Of a stretch of DNA of 64,000 nt, positions 39,202 through 50,215 are shown piece by piece. Source of the DNA: an uncultured Candidatus Saccharibacteria bacterium (lineage in GTDB: Bacteria > Patescibacteriota > Minisyncoccia > Phycocordibacterales > CAIZLB01); the NCBI GenBank assembly GCA_964627085.1, contig CAZVIP010000002.1, positions 85,151-149,150 on the forward strand, written 5' to 3'. Under the pieces are notes generated by a model. It searched no databases, had not been told where the DNA came from, and saw nothing but the letters and a program-made list of their open reading frames with translations. Position 1 is the stretch's first letter. Each line of letters opens with the position of its first letter. The translations under genes and the position numbers were made by a program.

Positions 39202-39926
39202 GAAATTCATCTTTAACCAATCCCTCGTACAAGGTCCTTCCACGTAAGGACCCCAGATATAATACAGAGTGCAACTCAGGCGCTCACACGATTTCCCACG
39301 CATAGCACCGAGACAAAAGCGTTCTCTATATTATATCAACTCATGTACCAGTGTGAGTCTCACGTTTTGTTCGTTCCACTTTTGATGGGGTACGACTTGA
39401 TTTCCACACCTCTTGGAAAACCTATTGTATATGGATACCCTGGCAGTTTATTGCCATGCACCCTCTTGAACTTTCAGGACTTTCTCCTGCGCATGATTTG
39501 TTTTGTGCACGTAAATCATGTACGCATTTAAAAATACTGGGAGAGACAGATTACATGTATCACCTGAATGTGCTCGCGAAGTGCGAGTATTATTACAAGT
39601 GGCAATAAATAAAATGTCAGCTTCGGCAGGTGTCAATTTGCCTTTTTCGCCAGTGCAGAGTGGTCCCTGCATCAGTGAGGTAAAAAACTACCTCAAATTC
39701 AATCGGTGGAATGCGCATTTCTGCTCCGACTCGCCGCTAACTATGCGGCCTGAATGGGCGGTTGTTTGTGCTCTTCGGGAAAGGTGAACACAACTTAATT
39801 TCACAAGGCGATTCGTGGTACCGCCTGGATGGATGCCCAAAAGTGCATCCCTCTCTATTAATATGTATATACAATGTGAAGTCGGGCCTCCGAAATTCCG
39901 TTTCGGTGTACTGATCTACTCCGCTC
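39177..39926 (-). ncRNA. Candidate large (~750 nt) structured non-coding RNA, class unknown
   Basis: No credible ORF; upstream TTGACA-16-TATCCT; downstream terminator; more than 12 hairpins plus nested long-range helices; most G-U pairs favour the minus strand. Confidence 0.6.
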
Positions 39927-39929
39927 AAA

Positions 39930-39957
39930 AGGATATCAAGACCTGACTACATGTCAA
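39930..39957 (-). promoter_or_regulatory. sigma70-type promoter of the candidate ncRNA
   Basis: TTGACA (39957-39952), 16-nt spacer with TGn extension, TATCCT (39935-39930). Confidence 0.6.
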
Positions 39958-40080
39958 TCAATTTACCGATTTATTTTATAGGACACTTTTTATAAGGTAC
40001 TTCAAACATATACACGATATACCTAGATACGATATAGCCTATGTTTTTCTTTATGGTACAATCTCACCTGTAACTTATAA

Positions 40081-41547
<1,467 letters not shown>

Positions 41548-41583
41548 TTCAGATTTGTAAAAGTATAAAAAAGTAAAAGTGAT

Positions 41584-41614
41584 AAACGCGCGGTCCGTGA
41601 GGACCGCGCGTTTT
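41584..41614. terminator. Bidirectional terminator
   Basis: aaacgcgcggtcc-gtga-ggaccgcgcgtttt. Confidence 0.9.
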
Positions 41615-41660
41615 ACGTTGGTGATTAACCAAGAGCTGTAGTTTGTCTTCAGGGCAGCTT

Positions 41661-42065
41661 TTAGCAATTTGTCCTGATTGGCAAAGCACTTGTCCCTCGG
41701 TCATGGTTACAACGACGAGATCCAAGGATTTTTTCCCCATGATCCGGTGAGTAGTCCATACGCCTTGGGATTCTGTTTGGTGTGCAGATGCCACCAGCGT
41801 CGCAAACTTGCACGATTTGGAAATCGGTTTTATTTAGTCTGCGACACACAATTTCCTTGGACCCAAGAACCATCTCTGAGGTAATCAGAGCAGACCTCGA
41901 GGCCCTGACTTTCTTAGGGACCATTACACCCTTCTCCTCCTTGAACAAGGTCACTTTGTGATGCCACGGGTCACCTTTTACTGGTTTATCCGAGGCAGTC
42001 CCGCGGTAGTGATTTTGCGGGAGAGCAGGTGCCTGCCCTGGGTTTGATTTTTCACTTATATCCAT
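41661..42065 (-). CDS. Hypothetical orphan protein
   Basis: 134-aa ORF with own TTGACT promoter and structured, CA-rich leader. Confidence 0.5.
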   Translation of the reverse strand: MDISEKSNPGQAPALPQNHYRGTASDKPVKGDPWHHKVTLFKEEKGVMVPKKVRASRSALITSEMVLGSKEIVCRRLNKTDFQIVQVCDAGGICTPNRIPRRMDYSPDHGEKILGSRRCNHDRGTSALPIRTNC

Positions 42066-42307
42066 TTGATTGGATTTTTGTTTTGTTGTTGGAACGAACT
42101 ATTGCCGAGCGGTTTGCCGGCGGTATTGAAACTGAGTGTGTACTCAGGCAAAACGACAGGTCTTGCTCAAATACTATGCATCAATGATTGAAATAAGTCA
42201 AATGGACTGTATCTGGCTCGATGTCCTGGAACCTGAAAACACAGGGAGCGAGAAGACTTCATAATTTACCCCTACCCTCTTTTTCATATATAGGATAAAA
42301 TTGCCAC

Positions 42308-44002
42308 ATGAAAAATGTGAATGATACAAATATAAGTACTACAAATATGACTGATACAACAAATGGCGAAATCTCAGGTGCATCAATGCATGCATCACAC
42401 AATATACAAACTGGTGTCATCGTTCTCGATGGTTGGGGCTACAGAGAAGACACCACACATAATGCCGTGCAAGCAGCAAAGACTCCGAATTTTGACAAAT
42501 ATTGGAACTCTTTTCCTCATACACTTCTCGAAGCCAGTGGACTTGCGGTTGGGCTTCCAGAAGGTCAAATGGGAAATAGTGAAATCGGCCACACAACTAT
42601 TGGTGCCGGCAAAGCAATCGACACCGATTTGGTTCGAATCAAAAAAGCTATCGAAGCTGATGAATTTGTAACCAATCCTGCTTTTGTGACTTTGTTTAAT
42701 CATGTAAAAAAACATGACTCAACTATTCATGTCAAAGGTTTGCTCGGACACGGTGGCGTTCATGCTCACAGTGATCACCTCATCGCATTTTTGAAAGCTG
42801 CAAAAAAAGTTGGTATTGAAAAAGTTGCCATCCATGTTTTCACTGATGGTAGAGACACTGCTCCTCAAAGTGCCGCTGAATATCTCGAAGAAATCGAACA
42901 TGCACTCCATGAAATCGGCGTTGGATATATCGCTACAGCATCTGGAAGATTTTATGCTATGGACAGAGACAATAACTGGGACAGACTCGAAAAAGCTGAA
43001 TCAGCAATGTATGAATGCAAAGGAAATGTTTGTCATATAAACAAAGACGCACAAAAGCCATCTGAATATATTAAGAAATTGCATTGTGAAGGAATACTCG
43101 ATGAACACATCGAGCCGATCGTATTCTTGGATGAAAATGGAAAATCATATCCAGTGCAAAAAGATGACGGTGTATTCTTCTTTAATTTCAGAGCGGATCG
43201 TGCGCGCATGCTCGCAAAGAATATTGCACAAAAAGCCAAGGACAATAACTGGTGTTTCGTGACGCTCACTGAATATCAAAAAGATCTTGAATGTGAAGTC
43301 GCATTCCCTTCTGTGCACATCGAGACAACTCTTGCAAAAGAAATTGCAGGCGCAGGACTTACTCAGTCTCACCTTGCCGAAACAGAGAAATTTCCGCATG
43401 CTACATATTTCCTAAATGGTGGCGTTGAAACTCCTTACCCTGGAGAAAAACATATCATGCTCGACAGTCGCAAAGACGTCAAAACTCATGACCAAGCACC
43501 GAAGATGCGCGCTGAAAGTATTGCTGACAAAGCTATCGAGGAAATCAATTCCGGCGTGAATTTCATCTTTATCAACTTTGCAAACCCAGACATGGTTGGA
43601 CACACAGCAAATGTTCCTGCCCTCATCGAAGCCATCGAAGAAGTCGACACACAACTTGGTCGCGTAGTTGATGCAATGCAAAAGCAAGGTGAAGTGAGTA
43701 GCAACAAGGTTTCGCTATTTGTTACAGCAGATCACGGCAACGCTGAAGTTAACATTGACCCTATCACAGGAGAAAAGCATACTGCCCACACAATTAACCC
43801 TGTCCCTGCTATTCTCATTTCAAATAATAATCTCAAATTAGGTGGCGGTCTTGTGAAAGATGGCGTTGCAGTAACGCAAGGCGAAGGCACTGAGACTGAC
43901 CCTCAAGTATCTGGCACACTCGCCGATATCGCTCCAACAATTCTCAACATTCTTGAAGTCAAAAAACCTGTATCCATGACAGGAAAAAGTTTACTCGGTT
44001 AA
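42308..44002 (+). CDS. gpmI: 2,3-bisphosphoglycerate-independent phosphoglycerate mutase
   Basis: LDGWG, GQMGNSEIGH, GRFYAMDRD, NFRADR, ETEK, NPDMVGHT, TADHGN. Confidence 0.97.
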   Translation: MKNVNDTNISTTNMTDTTNGEISGASMHASHNIQTGVIVLDGWGYREDTTHNAVQAAKTPNFDKYWNSFPHTLLEASGLAVGLPEGQMGNSEIGHTTIGAGKAIDTDLVRIKKAIEADEFVTNPAFVTLFNHVKKHDSTIHVKGLLGHGGVHAHSDHLIAFLKAAKKVGIEKVAIHVFTDGRDTAPQSAAEYLEEIEHALHEIGVGYIATASGRFYAMDRDNNWDRLEKAESAMYECKGNVCHINKDAQKPSEYIKKLHCEGILDEHIEPIVFLDENGKSYPVQKDDGVFFFNFRADRARMLAKNIAQKAKDNNWCFVTLTEYQKDLECEVAFPSVHIETTLAKEIAGAGLTQSHLAETEKFPHATYFLNGGVETPYPGEKHIMLDSRKDVKTHDQAPKMRAESIADKAIEEINSGVNFIFINFANPDMVGHTANVPALIEAIEEVDTQLGRVVDAMQKQGEVSSNKVSLFVTADHGNAEVNIDPITGEKHTAHTINPVPAILISNNNLKLGGGLVKDGVAVTQGEGTETDPQVSGTLADIAPTILNILEVKKPVSMTGKSLLG

Positions 44003-44020
44003 TCTGAAATTAACTTTAAA

Positions 44021-44767
44021 TTAATAGTGACTACTGAAACTCGAATGAGCACTCGCCTCTTGTTCGAGTTTTTTGATTTCCTGTTCTAGGCGTGCGTTCT
44101 CGGCAGTGAGACGCTTCACTTCATTTTCTTCTGTCATCTTCTTTGTACTCAAAATTGTATAACTGCGCTTTCTGGCATCGAGCTCTTTTTCCTTATACAT
44201 TTTATTACTTTTTTCATGACCAGATTCTGACTGCAATTTAGTTGCATCGTTAGTGAGGTGTGCAATTTTGACACTGAGGTGTTCAATGGCTTGATCTGTT
44301 GTGCGTACGAGTTCTTTCTCTCTTGTGATTTTTAATTCAAGCGCTTTTATTTCCTGCTCGTAGTGATATAGCTCTTTGTTTTCTTTATCAATTTGCAATC
44401 GACTGCGCTCGACATCTTCTTTATGCTTTGAAATTTCAAAAAGCATATCATTGTGTTTTGTGTAGAGTGATGCAATTTTTTCATCCTGCTCTTTCATTTC
44501 TCTCTCGGTCTCATGAACAAGAGCTTCTGATCTGACGAGTTCAGAGTTGAGGCGTCTAAGTTCTGTTTGTCTATGTGAAATCTCAATTTTATTTCTATCA
44601 AGGAGGCGCTTCTTTTCGACGAGAGATGTTTTTGCTCGTTCCTGGTCTTGTTTGTCTTTGAGCTCTTTGATATGAGCAAGACGCATACGCTCCGATAGCG
44701 CACCTTCATCCCTGACTGCAGTTTTTAAACCACTTAAACCTCCATTTTTATAAGATCCAAATACCAT
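44021..44767 (-). CDS. Long coiled-coil protein
   Basis: Heptad-rich, E/K/L-rich sequence. Confidence 0.7.
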   Translation of the reverse strand: MVFGSYKNGGLSGLKTAVRDEGALSERMRLAHIKELKDKQDQERAKTSLVEKKRLLDRNKIEISHRQTELRRLNSELVRSEALVHETEREMKEQDEKIASLYTKHNDMLFEISKHKEDVERSRLQIDKENKELYHYEQEIKALELKITREKELVRTTDQAIEHLSVKIAHLTNDATKLQSESGHEKSNKMYKEKELDARKRSYTILSTKKMTEENEVKRLTAENARLEQEIKKLEQEASAHSSFSSHY

Positions 44768-44800
44768 GTGTGTATTATAGCAAATTGGGAGCGTGGGTTG

Positions 44801-45325
44801 TTAATTGCGATACACATTCGGATACTGACCAAAGACAATGTGCCATTTTGAAATCTGGAGTTTCCCGAACCCTGCATCATCGAGCGCAAATTGCAGTGTT
44901 GATGTACCAAATGTTTCTATTGATATTATTGGTTTTCCGAAGCAATCGAGTGTATTTGCACTCTCTGGTATTTCACATGTTACTTTTTTGTTTTTAAGGC
45001 TGAAAATGATTTTGTCATTTGTGCCACCTCCGGCCGCCGTAACACTACCCCCACCAGTCGCACTGTTGTGATTTCCGCTCGCCACCTCCACAGATTCAGA
45101 CATTCGATACAGAGAGTCTAGATACAAAGATGCAAACAATAGCTGTTTGTAGTTCTGATGGTCATTGTTATCTTTTTTTAAATTATGCAGGACAGGTGTA
45201 AAAATGCGCGTACTGATAACAATAAGGACAGACAGAATGGCGAGCGAAACAATGAGCTCAACAATTGTGACTCCTGCACTTATATTAGTTTTTATTTCTT
45301 TTTTTGTTTTTCGATTAATGTGCAT
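44801..45325 (-). CDS. Prepilin-type N-terminal domain protein
   Basis: G-VTIVELIVSLAIL type IV prepilin motif. Confidence 0.8.
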   Translation of the reverse strand: MHINRKTKKEIKTNISAGVTIVELIVSLAILSVLIVISTRIFTPVLHNLKKDNNDHQNYKQLLFASLYLDSLYRMSESVEVASGNHNSATGGGSVTAAGGGTNDKIIFSLKNKKVTCEIPESANTLDCFGKPIISIETFGTSTLQFALDDAGFGKLQISKWHIVFGQYPNVYRN

Positions 45326-45385
45326 TTTTTCTTTGCTTATTTACCTTTTGTTTTTTACCTACATTGATCAATCCCAGCACACAGA

Positions 45386-46954
45386 CTATGTACTTGTTAG
45401 ATATAGCATCGATGTCGTCGTCCCCTCCTCGACACCATAGAGCGCATCAGGCGTACAATCAAAATCACTCAATATATTTTTTGTTTCAATGGTCAAAATT
45501 GGCGCAAGCGAAAATGTGATGTCTTGGATGTTTTTCTTTCCAAATAATATATTGGAGGAAAGAGATTCCCCGACAGATTTTTGACCAGCACCACCAGAGA
45601 TGTCATTCACAGTCTTCTTATAGATGATGAGAGAACTAGCAATATTATTTGTCATGGCTATGATGTATTTACCGCCTAACACCGCCATGATTTTAGTAAT
45701 ACTTTTATTTGGGTTTGCGCTGTATTGCTGATTTATATCTGTGTTTACATATGCACTCGAACTTGTAGGAGAAGCATTATTGTTAATTTGAACGCCAATC
45801 AATTCACTATTTCCCAGTGTTCGTCCAAGCAAAAGGCTTTTGTAAAAGACTGCCAGTGACTTCCCGTTTCCACTTGAACCTTCGGCATCAAAGCTGGTGA
45901 CACCAGACGAAATACCTCTGTCCCAGATTTCAACTTCAGGATCTTTTGCAGATACAGTAAATAGATGGGTGAAATTAAAATCAATATCACTCACACCCGC
46001 AGAGATCTCTGTACTACTTACATGTATGTCCCCGAGTATATTTGGCGTGCCCAATTGATTGTATATATTCGGTGTAAATGTTCCCAGATCCAATGAATAC
46101 AGTTCATCGCCTACATTTTTCTCGGCACCGATATATAGGTTTTTACCGTCTGTTTTGACAACTTTTGGCAGGGAGTGATTAATTGTCGATGAAGCCACGA
46201 GAATTCGGCCAATGTTTTTCTCGGAAAAACGTGAGGTCGGATCTGTCTTTAAAATCCAAATCGGAGAAGTATAACTGCGCTCAATAGCAAACAGTGTATC
46301 CTTGAACACCGCTGCATCAATGACACCAGGACCCAAAAATAGTTCCTGATTTTTCTGGAAGCTAGATGTAGAGATATTTTGCGCATTGTCTAAATACGCT
46401 TGCTGAGGCGGACGGTGCAGATTTTGTGTGAAAATATACATGTCAGGGTCTGTTGTTGATGCACTGTTTGTGCCTATATATAAATCATTCGTGTCAATAT
46501 ATGACCTTACATCTATTGTTGTCGGCAAATTTCGCGAATGATTAATTAAATCTATTTCATTTTTTTGAACTGAAATTTGATCGTTGTTTTTTGTGCTTAG
46601 TTTTTGAAAAAACAAATCACATGATTTTCGACCTGGTTGTAGGTTTATATACCCTACACTTTTTGTGGGATATATTTGCCCACCACCATATGGCGACACC
46701 TTCCTCAGGATATCGACTGTATTGTCCTTGTTGGTGGTCTTATGTATGAAAGCATCTATATCACTATGCGAAATCAAAAATGCAGACATAGGCAAAATAA
46801 CAAAAGCACATATAGCCAGAGTCGCGAGCAATTCAATCAAGATAAAACCTCGCGAACTATGGTTGCGACTGTATATCGAAAAACCATTCTGTCTTTTGCT
46901 TTGTGTGAGGATAGTTTTGTTCAGCATTATTTTTGCGAGATTTAATTTAAACAA
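45386..46954 (-). CDS. Large pilin-like protein with beta-rich C-terminal domain
   Basis: G-FILIELLATL prepilin motif followed by ~450 aa beta-propeller-like region. Confidence 0.7.
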   Translation of the reverse strand: MFKLNLAKIMLNKTILTQSKRQNGFSIYSRNHSSRGFILIELLATLAICAFVILPMSAFLISHSDIDAFIHKTTNKDNTVDILRKVSPYGGGQIYPTKSVGYINLQPGRKSCDLFFQKLSTKNNDQISVQKNEIDLINHSRNLPTTIDVRSYIDTNDLYIGTNSASTTDPDMYIFTQNLHRPPQQAYLDNAQNISTSSFQKNQELFLGPGVIDAAVFKDTLFAIERSYTSPIWILKTDPTSRFSEKNIGRILVASSTINHSLPKVVKTDGKNLYIGAEKNVGDELYSLDLGTFTPNIYNQLGTPNILGDIHVSSTEISAGVSDIDFNFTHLFTVSAKDPEVEIWDRGISSGVTSFDAEGSSGNGKSLAVFYKSLLLGRTLGNSELIGVQINNNASPTSSSAYVNTDINQQYSANPNKSITKIMAVLGGKYIIAMTNNIASSLIIYKKTVNDISGGAGQKSVGESLSSNILFGKKNIQDITFSLAPILTIETKNILSDFDCTPDALYGVEEGTTTSMLYLTST

Positions 46955-46955
46955 T

Positions 46956-48026
46956 TTAATTTAGTTGATTCATAATCCCGTACAGTGGCGACAATATTCC
47001 ATAAGCCAAAATACCGACCAACAAACCAATGATGACCATAAGCACAGGCTCTGATATCTTTATCAAAAAGTTAATTTGATTGGAAAGTATGGTTTTATAG
47101 TAGCCACAAAGATCAGCAAACATTTTATTGTAAGTCGACGACTTCTCTGCTGTCTTTGCATATATTACCCATATCTCAGGCAGATTCTCGGCACTAATAA
47201 TCGCAGCAGAGAGATTGTTTCCCTCCTCGATTTGGTTGGCTATAAAATTGAATTTATTTTTAAAGTGAAGCGATCCTGAATCTGCAGCCACCCTCCTAAA
47301 AGACAAAGGTAGGTTGTGCGTATATTCTATGTGTAAATACAGTACAGAGACATAGTTTGCACACAAATAATTTATATAAAAATTTTTAATTTTTGGTATC
47401 TTCAAAATCAAATTTTCAAGCCAAGCTTGTACCCTGGCATCGCTTAAGGAAAAAAATACCCCAATTAATAAGAGCATATGAATAAAAAGCACCCACATAC
47501 CATGCGAACGCAGAATATGCGAACCAAATACCAAGGCCTTTGTAATCAAGCCACTCTCAGTACCTCCTGCAATGACAGGTAAAATATTTGGTATCACAAA
47601 GAATAAGACAAGTAATAACAAAACACTTGCTATGCACATAACAATGATTGGATAAATGGCAATTGTTACAATAGATGCCGTACGCGACTTTGATTCATCC
47701 AAAAGCCCGGCAATATGGTTGAGCACATGCGGTATTTTTCCAACCTTCTCTGCAGATATTATTAAGTCTAAATTTCCAGACCTCCGTGACAGATCGCTCA
47801 GTTCAAGCGCTTGTGAAAAATTCGCACCCCCGGCAAATCGATCGATGATTTTGGAATATGTATTTTTACCAAGACTTGTAAATGAATCTACAGGTGAAAT
47901 ACCCGCAGAAATCATGGACGACAACAATCTTATGTGCTGAATATCAATTTTTATTTGCTTTTCCTTTACAGCATTACTATTTTTTTGAAATTTATTTAAT
48001 CTGAGAATATATTTTATCTTATTCAT
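46956..48026 (-). CDS. Type II secretion/type IV pilus platform protein (GspF/PilC family)
   Basis: LSSMISAGI, AEKVG, YPIIV, IEEG..LS.A, SEPVLM. Confidence 0.88.
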   Translation of the reverse strand: MNKIKYILRLNKFQKNSNAVKEKQIKIDIQHIRLLSSMISAGISPVDSFTSLGKNTYSKIIDRFAGGANFSQALELSDLSRRSGNLDLIISAEKVGKIPHVLNHIAGLLDESKSRTASIVTIAIYPIIVMCIASVLLLLVLFFVIPNILPVIAGGTESGLITKALVFGSHILRSHGMWVLFIHMLLLIGVFFSLSDARVQAWLENLILKIPKIKNFYINYLCANYVSVLYLHIEYTHNLPLSFRRVAADSGSLHFKNKFNFIANQIEEGNNLSAAIISAENLPEIWVIYAKTAEKSSTYNKMFADLCGYYKTILSNQINFLIKISEPVLMVIIGLLVGILAYGILSPLYGIMNQLN

Positions 48027-48080
48027 ACTCTATTTTGCCTTATTACTTTATATTGTTTATTCGACCAATCACTCACTCAA

Positions 48081-49148
48081 TTACCGCATATATTTATTCA
48101 TTTCCTCGCGAGATATATATCCATCATCATAGAGACTTTGTATCCTATCTTTGAGAAGCAAGACACCATTTGTGCGTATAGTTTCAGCGATGCTATATGA
48201 TTCCTTTGACATGAGTAATGTACTCTTGAGTTGCTTAGTAAATTCAATCATTTCAAAAACAACCTTTGAGCCTGACAAAGTCCTCACTTTGCGTTGCGAG
48301 ACAAGAAGTGCAATAACTGATGCACATGAACTCGAGCCAACTCCGAGCGCATGCAATCTATCTAGAATTTCAAGTGCGGAAGGTGCGTGGATGGTGGCCA
48401 GAACAAGGTGTCCAGTGAGCGCTGCCTGTACTGCAAGACTTGCGGTGTCACTATCACGAATTTCACCAATCATGATGACATCAGGATCCTGCCTCAAAAC
48501 CCCGCGTAGTGCAGCATTAAATCCAAAACCATATTCTGTTTGAACTTTTATCTGTCTAATACCTGGCATAATCACCTCTACTGGATCTTCGAGCGTGACT
48601 ATCACCCTATTGTCTCGGCCAATCTCTGAGAGGCATGAATACAGTGTTGTTGTTTTACCTGAGCCAGTCGGCCCCGAAACCAAGACTAAACCAGATTCGT
48701 ACAATAAAACTTTTTTTAATAAAGTGAGATCAGTAATATCAATCCCAAGTTTCTCAAGATCAAATACGGTTCGAGTGGTTGAGGTTACGAAAAGTCTACA
48801 CACTGCGTTTTCACCAAAAACAGTTGGCGCTGTTGCAGCCCTGACATGTGTTGTATACGCAAGATATTTAAATACAAAAGACCCGTCCTGACTCCTATCA
48901 GTTATATCCAGCCTCATATTTGCCAATACTTTAGTACGACCAACAAGACTTTGACACTCGGCATTTTGAACAAAAGTATGGTAAGCAGTATTCCCAGATA
49001 TACGCAGATATACCTCACTGCCACCCTCATATATATCTATATGTAAATCACTTGCTCGAAAATCTATTGCAATTTCGAATAATATATCAAGTTTCTCTTG
49101 AATGACTTCGCCAATTAAATTTGTATTTCTATGTTTACTTTTTTTCAC
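48081..49148 (-). CDS. GspE/PilB/ComGA family ATPase
   Basis: ASDLHI, QDG, GPTGSGKTTTLY, TLEDPVE, LRQDPDVIMIGEIRD, TGHLV.ATIH. Confidence 0.93.
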   Translation of the reverse strand: MKKSKHRNTNLIGEVIQEKLDILFEIAIDFRASDLHIDIYEGGSEVYLRISGNTAYHTFVQNAECQSLVGRTKVLANMRLDITDRSQDGSFVFKYLAYTTHVRAATAPTVFGENAVCRLFVTSTTRTVFDLEKLGIDITDLTLLKKVLLYESGLVLVSGPTGSGKTTTLYSCLSEIGRDNRVIVTLEDPVEVIMPGIRQIKVQTEYGFGFNAALRGVLRQDPDVIMIGEIRDSDTASLAVQAALTGHLVLATIHAPSALEILDRLHALGVGSSSCASVIALLVSQRKVRTLSGSKVVFEMIEFTKQLKSTLLMSKESYSIAETIRTNGVLLLKDRIQSLYDDGYISREEMNKYMR

Positions 49149-49269
49149 ACAGAGAGCATACAGAATGACAGCTTAAATTCTCATCAATTATATATAAATA
49201 ACAAAATTGTTTTTGCTCAATTTAAACGAAAGCTCGAGTTGTTTTTTCCGTGAATAGATCCGCAAATTT

Positions 49270-50193
49270 TTACTCAACAAATTTGATACCGTTCTCCTCA
49301 TCAACCACATAATCCCCTACCTTTGTTCGAAAAATATCGTAAGCTATGGCACCTGTACCAAATATTTGGCCGAGCCAACACGCGAGACTTCTGACATAAA
49401 AGCCACTTGTACATTCAATTTCAAATTTTATGCTCATATATGCAGGTTCAGAATTTTCATCTTTTATACTCGAGGTATTTGTCTTCTCTTTTTCCCATGA
49501 AGAAATTATTTCATTTTGTCTAAAATCTCCCTTAATTTTTTGAGCAAAGTTTATTGATTCATGATAAATTTTTGATTTTGGAATAAAACGGATATCAAGG
49601 CAGGATATATTTTCAAGCGCAACTTCCTGTGTTGGTAATTTTAAATTTACTTCATCTAAACTATGGTCTTTTGAATATTGAAAAAGAGGCACTCCATCAA
49701 CTGGCTTTGAAGAAAAGAATGGATATGAAAGCGTAAAAGTACCAATGATATCTTTTATATATACCTGTAACGCCTCAATAAAATCTTTTTTAATTATCCG
49801 GTCACTTTCAATTAGGCTTTGATTATTCGAGATTTTTTCAAATATCGTCTTTAGATTCTGTTTAGTTGATCCAGAATTTACAATTTCTTGATGAGAATTT
49901 AATGTATGCCATGTTAAAAAAGTATTGCTCGGATAAATCACACCGAGCCGGTCGAAACTATCAGTACATACACCAAAAACAACCTCAAATTCATAGGTCT
50001 TCTTTAAATCTAGATAGGTAGATTTTTTGGTTATTTCCTCGTCTTTTAGGACGATAAGAAGCCCTCTGGCGAGTGGATCTAGCCTACCCGCATATGTGAA
50101 GCTGGATGAGTCAAAACCCCCTCCAAGGTGGCTTTTTAGGCGTCCTAGAGCCTCGAGACAGGTCTCTCCGGTGTTCTTGTATAATAAGTACAT
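49270..50193 (-). CDS. truB: tRNA pseudouridine(55) synthase
   Basis: YAGRLDPLARGLL, KTY, YP.FSS, CTSGFYVRSL; start re-assigned to ATG 50193. Confidence 0.88.
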   Translation of the reverse strand: MYLLYKNTGETCLEALGRLKSHLGGGFDSSSFTYAGRLDPLARGLLIVLKDEEITKKSTYLDLKKTYEFEVVFGVCTDSFDRLGVIYPSNTFLTWHTLNSHQEIVNSGSTKQNLKTIFEKISNNQSLIESDRIIKKDFIEALQVYIKDIIGTFTLSYPFFSSKPVDGVPLFQYSKDHSLDEVNLKLPTQEVALENISCLDIRFIPKSKIYHESINFAQKIKGDFRQNEIISSWEKEKTNTSSIKDENSEPAYMSIKFEIECTSGFYVRSLACWLGQIFGTGAIAYDIFRTKVGDYVVDEENGIKFVE

Positions 50194-50215
50194 AGACGCT
50201 ACAATCATAACTATC

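Noticed and set aside
39073-39303. Extended N-terminus of TlyA in the ORF track
   Set aside because: The family starts at MRLD, a -10 box precedes ATG 39072, and the extension crosses a terminator
39470-39492. Minus-strand GGAGAAAGUCC resembling the RNase P RNA GAGGAAAGUCC motif
   Set aside because: Not an exact match, it sits in a local hairpin, there is no convincing complementary P4 3' motif, and the unit is much longer than RNase P RNA
39177-39926. tmRNA, group I/II intron or 6S/SRP identity for the long RNA
   Set aside because: No tRNA-like ends, no host gene or intron boundary/domain V motifs recognised, and size does not fit 6S or SRP
39343-39928. Short ORFs of 62-89 aa on both strands
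   Set aside because: Overlapping, atypical composition, no recognisable motifs; better explained as chance ORFs in structured RNA
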